Source of the DNA: Leucoraja erinacea
Lineage: Eukaryota
Direction: 5' to 3'
Assembly: GCF_028641065.1 (NCBI RefSeq)
Contig: NC_073391.1
Span: 36,456,001 to 36,520,000 of the forward strand
DNA: 64,000 nucleotides
The first letter of the stretch is position 1. Every line of letters starts with the position of its first letter. Positions 24,371-37,600 of this stretch are shown piece after piece. The position numbers were made by a program, and so were the translations under genes. The notes beneath the pieces are model-generated. The model searched no databases, was not told the DNA's origin, and saw only the letters and a program-made list of their open reading frames with translations.

Positions 24371-27044
24371 TTAGATAGAGCTCTTAGGGTAAGGGAATCA
24401 AGGGATATGGGAGAAAGCAAGAACGAGGTACTGAATTTGGATTATCAGCCATGATCATATTGAATGGCGGTGCTGGCTCGAAGGGCCGAATGGCCTACTC
24501 CTGCACCTATTTTATATGTTTCTATGTTCCTGTATCATGGTAATGGATTCAACCCCTTGATCACATTGCGCAGTTTGTCATGGCACATTCTTAGTACTTA
24601 TTCTTTGTTTCTGTTTTAACCAAAAGAAACACACTTCACATTGTTAAATCGGTGTTTTGAAAAAAAAGAAATAATTACTTGGTATACTGCCAACAATTAG
24701 GATTATACAGGGTACTTGTGTTTCTTTCTGCAGTGGGCTATTAGTTCTAACACAGATATTAACCTTTATGAATTATAAAATATTGGAAACAACATTGTCA
24801 ATGTTAGCTGCTCCTTTAGAATTGGTGGATGACACTTATAATTTGTATTTGCTCCAGATGTGGTGCTATAGCATTTCTTAACTAATGGAATGATGCTCAA
24901 ATATTGCCACGTGAAACTGTTGGCATTTCTCTGTGCAAGTGCCAGGAAGGCCTGGGACTCCTGCAGCATCTCTGAAGTCATGAATTTATTGGCCAGTGTT
25001 TCTGCCAGCGGTTTTGCAGCTGTGCAGCTGTTGCATTGTGCACGGGGTGCACCAGCAGAGCTGAGGAGCTTCTGCTGTTTGCATCTGGCTTAGCATTGGT
25101 CGTCAATGCAGCTTCAGATGACTAAGCACCCGTGTATGCCAAGGCACTCTTGGGAAATACATAAAACCTGGACCTGTTGCTGCTCACTTGGGTTCTGGAC
25201 CATCCTGGCCAGCAAAATCAACCTTGCAGACCTGGGGGGGGGGATGGGAATGCTGAGCGAACAAGTCCAGAAAGTCCAGGCAAATAGTAAGCCTCTTCAA
25301 TAGACTTAGTTTGTGTCATAAGGTCATGTGATAGGAGCAGAATTAGGCCATTCGGCCCATCAAGTCTACCCCATCATTCAATGATGGCTGATCAATCTCG
25401 CCCTCCTAACACCATTCTACTGCCTTCTCCCCATAACCCTTGATACCCGTACTAATGAAGAATCTATCAATCTCTGCCTTAAAAATATTAATTGATTTGG
25501 CCTCCACAGCCTTCTATGGCAAATAATTCCACATATTCACCACCCTCTGACCAAATAAATTCCCCCTCATCTTTTCCCTAAAGGTGCGTTCTTTCATTCT
25601 GAGGCTATGACCTCCGGTCCTGGGCTCTCCCACTAGTGGAAACATCCTCTCCACGTCCACACTCCCCAAGCCTGTTGGCATGGCGCTGTGACAAATATTC
25701 CCATTACATTAAGAGCTGTGTAAATGCATGGTATTTAACATAGCCACGGCATTAATAATGCACTAGAAATGCTGAGTAAAGTATTAATTTTCTAACCCTG
25801 ACCCTATGTCCCGACCCACTTTCTCGACCAGATCAAATCAAAATAACATCACATCAGAACTGAAGTGGTCAGTAACATATGGATTAGGAGAGAAGAGGAT
25901 TAGGAGAGAAGAGGATTCGGAGACTAACTACCGTTCACTCACTCACCATGAGCAATGTCACTGCAGTCCTGGGTGTTCATAAAATCATCTGAGATGTCAG
26001 ATGGTGGGCAACAAGCTGTGATTCCAATTACTGGCAAAGGTTCTTCAAACTACCAATGACATCCATCAGCCAAGCACATTAGAATTAAACAACGTTCCTT
26101 TGTGAAGGAGATGATGACACATTTCTTTAGTCAGAGGGTGGTAAATCTGTGGGAGGGGAGAAAGCTGGAAGAGAGGCGGGGACAGAACAAAGCCTGGCAA
26201 GCGATAGGCGACTACAGGTGTGAGGTTTTTTGAATAGGTCCATGGTATGACATTACACAGATGAAAAGGCAGCAAGTTTGAGAGGATTGCAGAGGTGTGA
26301 ATTGTAAAGCCATTGTCAGTTGTACAATTGATGCTTTGATAGACATGCACAGACATTTCCTGCTACATGGTGTTCTGAGCAATTTTACTCTCACGTGGTA
26401 CACTCCAGTCTTCTTTCACCAACATGAGCTGAACATTCAGAATGTTAGTTTCTAGAATGTCCTGCATATTGTTGAGGCAGTAAAAGGAGAGTTACATTCT
26501 ACCTTCCCTGGTAGGAAAGCAAACCCCATTACAGGGATAAAGAAAGTCATGACGGAAGCTCGCGTGCTGGGACATCAATGGAAACTCAACACTAATTCCA
26601 CTGTAGATACTGTCTAGACTTTCATTTTGGAGTCATAGAGTGATACAATGTGGAAACAGGCCCTTTGGCCCAACCTGCCCACACCGGCCAACATGTCCCA
26701 GCTACACTGGTCCCACCTGTTTCCGTATTTGGCCCATGTCCCTCCAAACCTGTCCTATCCATGTATCTGTCTTACTGTTTCCTAAATGTTTGGTTAGTCC
26801 CTGCCTCAGCTATTTCCACACACCAAGCACCATTTAGGAGCACCTTTTGGAATAACAGCAGGATATGCCGAAGGATTTCTCGGTGTGAAGTACTCTAGAG
26901 GTATGATGAGTGCACTATATCAAACTATATGAATGTACTATATCAAACACAACTATCTGTTTGTGCATAGAAGGCTCCCAGGTATCCAGATGACTCCTTT
27001 TATGATAATGGAGTAAGGTTAAATATTAACATATAAATATTAAA

Positions 27045-27363
27045 GGGGCAGTCATGGTGGCGCAGCGGTAGAGATGCTGCCTTACAGCGCTTGCCGCGCC
27101 AGAGACCCGGGCTCAATCTCGACTACAGGTGCTGTCAGACTTTGTATGTTCTCCCCGTGACCTACGCGGGTTTTATCTGAGATCTTTGTTTTCCTCACAC
27201 ACTCCAAAGACGTACAGGTTTGTAGGTTAATTGGCTTGATAAATGTGAAAATTGTCCCTAGTGTGTGTAGGCGAGTGTTAATGTGTGGGGATCACTGGTC
27301 GGCGTGGACCCGGTGGGCCGAAGAGCCTGTTTCTACACTGTATCTCTAAACTAAACTAAACTA
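27045..27363 (+). mobile_element. Full-length tRNA-derived HE1-like SINE with (CTAAA)n tail
   Basis: A-box TGGCGCAGCGG, degenerate B-box, central domain and CR1-like tail. Other copies at ~1815-2110(+), 4555-4877(-), 18165-18443(-), 35111-35497(+), 50635-50953(-), 53408-53700(+), 55850-56258(+), 57865-58185(+) and 62130-62700(-). Confidence 0.85.
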
Positions 27364-27374
27364 GTACATTAACA

Positions 27375-27590
27375 AGAACCATGCTGTCCTTTGAAATAGT
27401 GCTGTACGTTCTTTTATGTCTCCAAGAAAGGACGCACATTAATATTTCTTGCAAAAAGCAGGAGGGCTGCACCCTCTCAGCACCTCACTGGAGTGAAAGC
27501 CTGGATCATGAGCATGACTCCCGACAGAGGTTTAACCCGACAATATCTTAACCAGGTGATTCTGCAATAAGCTAAATCACTGTGACTGGT
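27375..27590 (-). mobile_element. Ancient DeuSINE (SacSINE1/AmnSINE1-like) remnant
   Basis: Degenerate match to the recalled Deu-domain consensus (ttgaaatagtgc...ctctcagcacc.cactggagtg..agcct.gat). Similar remnants at ~15470-15545 and 49110-49270. Confidence 0.5.
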
Positions 27591-30083
27591 TAGCCAGCCT
27601 AAAGAGAGAAGTATCCCTGTCATTGTGAGATGGTATACTTCTCAATCGGATGATGCTGCAAGCCAATGTCCCCAGAACTAGGGTGATTGGGTGATCCGTG
27701 AGTGGATCTGTACTTATTTCTTGGGAACCGGAAGCTTATGATTGTAAACCCACATGATTTTTGCTGACGAAACGGAATGGACTTTGAAGGGCAGCACAGT
27801 GGCACAGCAGGCTGCAGTTCCATCCTGATCTCTGGTGCCGTTTATGTAAAGTCTGCTCGCTGGTTCTCCTTGTGCCTGCGTGGCTTTACTTCCACCTCCC
27901 AAAGACATGCTGGTTGGCAGAATAATTGGTTTCTGTAAACTGCAATGAGATCAGGGTGAGAGCAGGAAATCAGGGTGTTGATGGCCATTTATAAGAAAAA
28001 AAGGTTGCAGAGAAATGAGTGAGGGAATGGAATTGTTTGGATTGCTCTGAGAGCTGGTAAAGGCTTGATGTATCAAATGGTTCCTTTCTGTGCCTTGAGG
28101 AAATATTGAAAGATTTTTTTTAAATATGCATCCGCAAAAATATGTATATGCATTCACTGACAGGGCAAGAGGAAAATGTCACCTGAAGAATGGGGACATG
28201 CCCTTTTTTTGTCACTTAGAAATTCTGCAGATAGGTGGAGATACTTTATTTGGCTGTTATACATTGTGCTGGATTCCTCATCTGTCGGAAACCCGATTAA
28301 TCAATAATAATTTCATCCTATTCATTGTCTGACATATACTTTCTCTATGGCTCATGCATAAAACAGTGATCTTTCCCTTATGCAAATTACAGACAGTCAC
28401 CCTGTAGCTTAAAATAAACAATACAGCAGAATTTCATGAATATTTTGGTCACTTTTTTTTTTCTCTTCGACTTTGTTAGAATGTCAAATTGAGGCACTTA
28501 GTGACAGCTCGGAGCATTCCCAGGTCGAAGGCACGAAAGCCAATGACAACATGTGCTTTGAAATATTGTGAGTGATTTTCAGATTTGTTGGGGAGATAAT
28601 GAGAAATTATTTTCTGCAGAAACCTGCTTCAAAAAGGCGCCACCAGGAAGGGCGATGGAATCAGGTACGTTTCCGAAAGTAATTGGATAAATAGTTGAAG
28701 AGGGGAAATTTACATGGCTGTGGGGAAAGAGCAGAGGAGTAGACGAACAGAGAACTGTGAGGAAAAGAATCGTGAGTCAATGACCTCTTTGTGGGCGCTG
28801 TGAATCCATGAGGATTCGATTTATGAAGTGGCATTAAAAGTGTCAGCCTCTCCCTGCCAGGAACACTGATCAGAAGCTTGGGTGAAGCCGACAGTTCTCT
28901 GTCCCAGCACAGAACGTGTTCCATAATGCCTGCTGGCATTGTGTCAATGGCATTATCAAGCTCCCTTCATTTAATGGGTTTCCAGGAAAGAGAAAATTTA
29001 GAAAAAAAAAACAAGTTGGCAATATTTTGCAAGTTTCATGGAACTGTGACTGATGAAGAAAGCAAATACTTTAGCCTGAGACAAAAACAAACTTATCTCA
29101 GAGGTAAGGAAGATAACCGCTATGAATTTTGTTCATTTGAAATCCATGGCTCACCTTCCGTGCTCACAATCTAAATGGGATAGGTTGTTTACATTTACAT
29201 GAAATCTGCTCAGCATTTTAAATACCAGCGCAAAGTCTTCCTTCAGTCTTTAGACCTGCTTCTAATTCCTAGAATAATCCCTGTGGCTGTGCACTTAACC
29301 CTCTCCAATCCACCATCGGGCAAGGTGCACACAGCCATCTGGACTTCAGCAAAGGGGTGATGGACTAGTAAAGATTTCTATCAAGCAGCAGCAGGTTTAA
29401 AACAGAGTTCCAGAGGAGTTTATTCCCTTTGAAACGGGGGAATAACCTAAGCAGAGAGCAGCAAAACATTTGAGCAGTGTATTGATGCTTACATTTGCTG
29501 TACAAGGAACAAAGGAATGCTTGAGGACAGAGTGAGAAGCAATGAGAGTAGAAGGAGGCTTGTGTACAGCGGAGTCTAGTTGTGATGAATAGTGATATTA
29601 GAGTTGCAGATGCTGTGCATAAACTGCATGATAGAATTTATTTATACTCAAACATGCATATTAAAATTTTTTATAGACAGTTGCATGATAAAAATGAAGC
29701 AAGTGAATAAAATAGTATTAATTGGTGAAATGATGACGAATGCAGTAACGCTTATTGACCTGAGTGGCACTATATCACTGCCCTTGCATCTATCTTCTGC
29801 ACACTCGTCAGAAGGTGGAAGTGAAATCAAAACCTGATGCTGCTTGAAAAGAATATGACTCCTGTCCATCAGAGTAGGGTGCAGTGTGTTTGCCACGGCA
29901 TTAATGTAATGCTGCAGATCTGAAATCAAAACAGAAAAATGTTGTGAGTACTGAGCAGGCCAAGCAGCATATTTGGAGAGAGTAAAGTAGCCCAGTCAGT
30001 TTTGTAAAATCAGGTCAAGGACATAAAATGTTTCTCTGACAACAGATGCTGCCTGATCCGCTGGGTATTTCCCGAATGTCTTT

Positions 30084-33000
30084 TATTTTTTTTAAATTTT
30101 TTTTTATTTTATTAGAAGTACAGTCATATGGCACCAAAGTGCCTAATATATATTTTCATAATATATTTTATGTACAACTTATTATTTTTTTTTTTGTTAC
30201 ATTGAAAAAAGATTAGAATAAGAAAATGAAGTTAGATAGTAAAGGATAGAAAGATGTGAAATATATAGTGTGTGAAGAAAGAAAACGAGTAAATGAAGAA
30301 AGTTGAGAGAGAAAATAGAGAAAAGAAAATAAAATAAAAAAGTAAAGGAGATCATTATTTATAATTTGACCAACCCTCGTCCAGTCCTGAAACAGTTATT
30401 TTTTACAATTGTGTTGCACCATATGATTCCAAAAAAAACGACGAATGGAGACCAACTCGTTATGAATTGGTCTGATTTATCCATTAGGAGGAATCGCATT
30501 TCCTCAAGATGAGCGGTGTCCAACATACTTGCAATCCACATTTTAAGCGTTGGTATTGATGTACCCTTCCAAAATTTAAGTATTCATTTTTTTGCTACAG
30601 GTGCACAACCTTTTATCCGAAAGCCTTGGGACCAGACACTTGTCGGATTTCGGACATTTTCGGATTTCATAATGGAAGATTTTTAGCGTAGATTAGGTAG
30701 GTAGCGCGGGCGGCTTGACTGGAGCAGCTGCCTCCTCCCCGAAGACTGTGAGAATCATTGCATAAATGTTAGTCAGTTAGTTTGGAGGGATTTTATGTGG
30801 TGGTGGTGGAGTAGGGGTGAAGGGGGAAACTTTAATTCTTAGTCCCCTACCTGGTCGGCGACTCCCAACCTCGCGGAGCTGGGGGCTCCGTCCGGCCGCG
30901 GGCGGCGCCGGTTGGAGCTCCGACCCCGGCAACTCTACCCCTGGCTGCGCGGCTCCAAATCCAGCGACGCTCCGCGAATGTTGGAAGAAGGCGGCCACAG
31001 CGCTCCGGAGCTTGCCGCACGGCGACCCGGTAAGGCATTGCCCGCTTCCCGCTGGTATCCCAGCGCTACGACGCCGCCGACTCCTAACATTGGGCGGGCG
31101 TCCGGTCGCGGGCGGCACTGGATTTGGAGCGCCTCGCAGCCAGGGGTAGAGTTGCCGGGGTCGGAGCTACAACCGGCGCCGCCCGCAGCCCCACTGGCCA
31201 CAGCGCTGCGGAGCTTACTGCACGGCGACCCGGTAAGGCATTGACCGCTCCCCGCCTCTCCGACCAGGTAGGGGATTAAGAATTAAAGTTTACCCCTTCA
31301 CATAAAAGCCCTCCAAACTAACTGACTAACATTTAAGCAATGATTTACAGATGTTTAAGCGTCTCCCCGGTCTCCGGGGAGGAGGCAGCCGCTACAGTAG
31401 TACAGACCTGGGTTGACCGTGGGTCGTTTTGGGTCAAGTTTGGCGCCAAACGCGAGCTTTGGTGCGCAGACGCCATCTGGAAAAAATGGCCGGTTTTCGG
31501 AGTTTTTTTTCGGTTTCCGGAACACCGGATAAAAGGTTGTGCACCTGTATTATTAAACCATAGTTAAGGAATAGATTTTGAGATGTGTTCAATTTATTCC
31601 CATCTTCCATTACGCCAAATATAATCATTTCAGAATTAGGTTCCATTCTTGTCTTGAATAATTTTGTAAATATTTCAAAAATATAATTCCAAAATCTATA
31701 AAGTTTTATGCAGGAAACTAAGGAGTGTGTTATAGTTGCCTTTTGGGCTAGACATTTATCACAAGTGGCGGATATATTTGGATAAAATTTGTTCAATCTT
31801 GTTTTTGAATAATATAATCTATGTACAATTTTAAATTGAATTAGATTATGTCTTACATTAATTGAACATTTGTGAATATATATCAAGTATTTTTCCCATT
31901 TAACCGTCGTAATTTTTATCATTAGATCCCGTTCCCACTCTTCTCTAAGTACCTCTGTTGATGGTAGGCCTATATTTAGAATACTATTATATAAATATGA
32001 TATTAATTTTTGTGAGTCAGCTTCAATATTCATTGCTTCTTCCAATAAGTCAGGAGTTACTTTTTGATATCCTTGTATATATTTTTTCATGAAATCGCAA
32101 ATCTGAAGATATTTAAAATATTGGTTGTTTTTCAATTTAAATTTTAATTGTAATTGTTGGAATGATAGTAGGTTTCCCATTTCGTACATATCCCCGATCC
32201 TTCTAATTCCGATACTTTCCCATTGGTTATATGTCTTATCAATAAGAGATGGTTTAAATAAAGGGTTATTCGCTATTGGCATTAACAGTGATGGATTTCT
32301 TAATTTTAAAGATAATTTTATTTGTTTCCAAATTCTTATTGTACCATATATAATTGGGTTCTTCTTATATATTGTGTTATTCAGTTTTTTTGAGGAGAAG
32401 AGGATCGTTCCTATATTACAAGGATGGCAACCCTCCTTCTCCATTTTTATCCATTCTGTCTGTTGGGTAGAACTATCCAACCAATAAATCATATTCTTAA
32501 TATGCACTGCCCAGTAATAATACATAAAATTCGGAAGTGAAAGTCCCCTGACCTCTTTTGGTTTACATAAGTGTTTTTTTTTTGTGATTCTATGTGATCT
32601 ATAGTCCCAAATATAATTAGTAATATCAGAATCTAATTTTTTTTTAAATATTTTGGTATATAGACTGAAATAGGTATAGTAATTGTGGTAGGAAGATCAT
32701 TTTTATTGCATTTATTCTACCTAATAATAAGGGAAGTGTTTTCCAAATTTAATCAGCGTATTAAGTTTATTTAATAAAGGTATGAAATTAGCGTTGAATA
32801 ATGCTTTATATTTTCTAGTAATCTGAATACCCAAATATTTAAAATTTTCTGTTGCGATTTTAAAGGGGAACTTCAATAAGTGTGTAGGTTCTTGAGGTTT
32901 TAATGTCATGATTTCACTTTTATTCCAGTTTATTCTATATCCAGAAAATGACCCAAATTCCTCTATTAAATTTAATAAATTTGGTATGCTCGTTTGTGAC

Positions 33001-34672
33001 TTTGTAATATATAAAAGTATATTGTCTGCATATAATGAGATTTTATTCTTTGAGTCCCTGGTATTATAGCCCTGAATATTTGGATGAATTCTTATACTTT
33101 CAGCCAGGGGTTCTATCATAAGGGCAAATAGCAGGGGTGATAGTGCACATCCCTGCCTATTACCCCTTGATAGTTGACATTTTTGAGATAACATGGTATT
33201 AGTTAAAATTCTTGCCATCGGTTTATCATATAATAATTTTACCCATGTTATAAAATTCTCTCCCATATTAAATTTTTGTAGTACTTTATATAAGTATTGC
33301 CACTCTACCTGATCAAATGCTTTCTCTGCATCCAAAGAAATAATTGATATATCTTCTTCCTCTACTTTATGCGAGTACATTATATTAAACAGGCGTCTCA
33401 GATTATTAAATGAGTATCTTTTGGGTATAAACCCCGTTTGATCAGGGTTTATCAATTTACTAATATATTTGCTTAATCTTCTTGCTAAAATCTTTGCTAA
33501 AATTTTCTGATCTGTATTTAAAAGTGATATAGCTCTGTACGAGCCCGGATCTTCTAAATCTTTATCTTTTTTTTGGAATAAGCGTAATAGTTGATTCTGT
33601 TAGTGTTTCAGGTAGTTTGGTTTCTTTAAAAGCATGGGAGTATAAATTAAATAAATAAGGGGTCGTTATCTCATGAAATTTTTTATAAAATTCATTATTA
33701 AAACCATCTGGTCCCGGTGTCTTACCATTTTTCAGCGATTTTATTGTTTCACCTATTTCTTTGATTGTAATTTGAGCTCCTAGTTCATCTTGTTCCAAAA
33801 GGTCCAGTATTGGAAGATTACAGTTATCTAGAATTTTTTTTATTTTACTATCTTCTATTTTAATTTTAGATGTATATAAGTTTTGGTAAAATTGGGCAAA
33901 TCTATTATTAATATCTTTAGGTAGTATTAGTAATTCACCTTTCTTTGATTTAATTTTGGTTATAGTATTTTCCTTTTCTTGTTTTTTCAATTGGCGAGCT
34001 AAAAGCTTATGTGGTTTGTCACCAAACTCAAAATGTTCCTGTTTTGTAATTTGGAATAGTCTTATTACTCTTGCCGATAGACTTCGATTAAGTTTAAATT
34101 TCACTAATATTATCTTATTGTGTTTATCTGTCGTGGAATCTTTGGCATTATCCAACTCTAACTGCCTGATTTCTTGTTCTAACAACAATTGTTCTGTCTT
34201 ATTCTTTTTATTTTGAAAACTTTGATATGAAATTATAATTCCTCTCATAAATGCCTTAAAAGTTTCCCATAATAAAGAAGGCAAAGTACCTGGTATATCA
34301 TTTGTATCGAAAAAAAGTTTAATTTGGTGTTTTAAATATTGATAGCCTTGCACATCATTTAAAACATGTGTATTAAACCTCCAAAAATTTTTTTTACCCG
34401 GCATTCCCTCAAATTTTACTGAAAATGTCAACGGAGAGTGATCTGAGATACTACTAATGTGGTATGCTGGGTTGTTTGTATATGGCATTAATTTCATATC
34501 CACTAAAAAATAATCAATTCTTGAATAAGTTTTATGTACCGAAGAGTAAAACGAGTATTCCCTTCCAACTGGATTAGCAGATCTCCATACATCTATTATA
34601 TTAGTATTTTTTATATATGTATTTAGAAGTTCGCTAGTCTTAGATTTTAAATTACTCTTCTTTTGTTTCTTT
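30084..34672 (-). mobile_element. 5'-truncated L1-clade LINE (ORF2 from late endonuclease through RT to C-terminal Cys/His motif), frameshifted and interrupted by a MITE
   Basis: ORFs 33562-34503 (ISDHSP, GKTPGPDGF), 32721-33455 (DAEKAFDQVEW, RQGCALSPLLF, YADNILL) and 31434-32525 (CDKC..THSLVSC); C-terminal remnant at 30359-30596; poly(A) tail seen as a T-rich run at ~30081-30113. Confidence 0.93.
30598..31547. mobile_element. Tc1/mariner-type MITE (950 bp) inserted into L1 ORF2
   Basis: TIRs CAGGTGCACAACCTTTTATCCG / CGGATAAAAGGTTGTGCACCTG, TA TSDs at 30596-97 and 31548-49, long internal inverted segments; the L1 reading frame resumes on the far side. Confidence 0.93.
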
Positions 34673-37600
34673 GTATTTTCTTTATAAAGCTTATTGTAGA
34701 TTTGACGGGACGAATGGCCTGATTCTGCCTCTAACTTATGAACTTAAATGCTCCACATGCAGAAAAACAGTATTATTGTTCTATCGAAGTAATAGAGTTA
34801 TAGAGTATCACAGACAGCATGGAAACAGTCCCTTGGCCTAACTCTCCCATCCCAATCATGATGCCCTGTCTGAGCCTGTCCCATTTGCCTATGTTTGGCC
34901 CATATCCATCTAACTGCTTCCTCTCCATGTACCTGTTGAAGCATCTTTTAAACTGTTGTAGTGTCTGCCTCAACCAACTCCTCCGGCAGCTTATTCCATT
35001 TACGTACCACCCTCTGAATGAACATTTATCCCACAGGTTCCTATTCAAACTTGCCCCTCTCACCTTAAACCTATGTGCACTGGTTCTTGATTCCCTTACC
35101 CTGGGTAAAAGGGTGGCGCAGTGGTGCAGCGGCAGATTTCGTTGTCTCTGTACTGTACACTGACAATGACAATTAAAGTTGAATCTGAATCTGAATCTGA
35201 GATTTGCTGCCTTACAGCGCCAGAGACCCGGGTTCAATCCTGACTGCAGGCGCTGTCTATACAGAGCTTGTACGTTCTCTCGGTGACCTACATGGGTTTT
35301 CTCCGGGATCTCCAGGATCTCCGATTTCCTCCCACACTCAAGACGTACAGGTGTGTCGGCTGATTGGCTTTGTACAATTGTAAATTGTTCCTGGTGTGTG
35401 TAGGATAGTGTTCGTGTGCGGGGATCGCTGGTCGGCGTGGACTCGATGGGCCGAAGGGTCTGTTTCAGCCCTGCATCTCTAAACGAAACTAAAAAACTGA
35501 ACTCTGCGCATTCACCCTATCTATTCCTCTCATGATCTTAAACACCTCCATAAGATTACCCATTAGCCTCCTGCGCTCCAGTATTTGAAAGCTCACTGGC
35601 AAATAGAATGATATTAGGAGGGAGTTACTGATCCAACACTGCACAGAAATTAAAAAAAACATGCATTTGGTGGAAATCCGAAATAAAAACAGAAAATGCT
35701 GTGAACAGTCAGAAGGCCAGGCAGCATCCATGGAAAGAGAAAGAGCATTTTAGATCAGACACTATTGGTCAATGATCCAGTTGAGTTTTTCTGCCCAGCT
35801 TCCATGAAACTGAAATTGAACGTTTGCATTCTAAGTCACAGTGATCATTATGCACGTCCTTTTGATTGTGTTCAAAAAGGAAGTGTTGGTGTATGGGGGC
35901 TCCAGCCTCCATTCTCCTGCACGCCAACTCTGTGCGCATAACAGTCATGCTTAGTCATAAAAACCAACAGTATCTTAGTTACCTATACAACAAAGTACTG
36001 GAGAGATGACTCTATAAAACTGATGGAGCACAATTGGCAAAGGCAACAGCGCACTGTTAATTAAGAGTCTCGCTCTCTCTGTGAACAAGGCTTTGTGTGA
36101 TAGATTTTTCTTTGCATTAGCCTGCCAGAATTTAAAATACCTTCCTCGCGTCTTTAATTATTTCTCCTTAGTTTATCGATCCTGTTCCACATACTGTGTA
36201 AAGCCATTCATATGTGCCATTACCCCTTTGTTAGACAGGACTTCACAAATGATTAAACTCTCAGTTTTCACAAACAAGTACACGTTGCTTTAATAGTTCC
36301 GTTTGCAGACACTTTGTTTTGACATCGTGTTTTGTGCATTTAGATTTGTTAACCGTCAGGTCTTGCTTGAGATGTAGTCTGCGACGTACCCTGCTTTTAC
36401 TTCCTCACCCCCCCGCCCCCCCTCCATTCACCGCCAAAGCTTCAGTTGAAATCGGTACGAAGGAGCTGCAGATGCTGGTTTAACAAATATTAACAAAATG
36501 CTGGGGTAACTCAGCTGGACAGGCAGCTCTGGAGAGAAGGAATGGATGACGTTTTGGGTCGAGACCCTGCAGCTGAAACCAATGGGCTTCGGGAAGGAAG
36601 GTTCTTTCTCCGTTTCCCAGCCCTTCTCGTTGGTCGTGGGCGACGTGGAACAACCCCAACCCCTGTTCTCCACTTCCACCCTGGTGAGGCTTCGAACACG
36701 CATTTAAAGTGTGGGGTGGAAGGGTGGTTAAGCCGGAGGAGAGTTGGTGAATAGGAATAGATCAGTTTGTTGAATAGAGAGGGCGGAGGAGGGAGCAAAT
36801 GTCTGGAGTGAGGCGGGGCGGACAAAAAAAAAGTTGGAGGACCTCGTAGTGTGAGTTACTCTCATTGCCAGAGGAGAGGGGGTGGCAGCGCTGTCACTGT
36901 TTACAGGCGGCCTCTGGCAAGGCGCGGAGTTACGCCCCCCCCCCGCCTCAACGCACAACCCATTTCGCAAACCTGAAACCTTGCCGCTTAAGAACCTCGT
37001 ATACATGTACCAAGAATTACAACGCACAAGTCCTGCCACTGACAAGGGTATTTCATACAGGTGTCCCCATGTCTTCACGTCCTCGCAACATTTTACAATA
37101 ATAGAGAGATGTTAAATCCATGGGGACTATTCAATCTGCACACAATGCGAACTATTCTATGCAAAATTGAATTCACCTTCAATCCAAATAAATCTGAATT
37201 TACGTTCAATCGACATAAAGTCAAACTTACGTTGACTGGTCTTGCAAAATACCATACTATTATAAAACAGTCAAACTATGTAAAGCGAAGGAAGCGGGTA
37301 GGAGGAGGGGGGCGGGATCTGATTAGCTTTTGGAATCAGGCGTCGGAATGAAGCAATTACAATCTCCGGGTGATAATCTATGATTCTTAAAAGTGAGTGG
37401 CTTCAGAGCCACAAGCTTTGTCACTTTTGATATTTTTCTCAGCTAATGTCAAACAGTACAGTATACCCCATTCTCAGCACCCTTGGCTGCTTGAAATAAT
37501 TCGCGACAACACACGGCCACATCACACAGTCGACATCGTGTATTATGGATTAAACAAAAAGCTAATAATGCTTCAGATACTTCAGTTGCGACAACGCGGC

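Noticed and set aside
28634-28656. CTCF-like motif (cgccaccaggaagggcg); also ~36865 and ~63350
   Set aside because: Spacing or core mismatches to the consensus; not supportable without a PWM scan or ChIP.
31434-32525. 363-aa ORF as an independent gene
   Set aside because: It is the L1 ORF2 C-terminal portion running into MITE sequence; upstream frameshifts break it.
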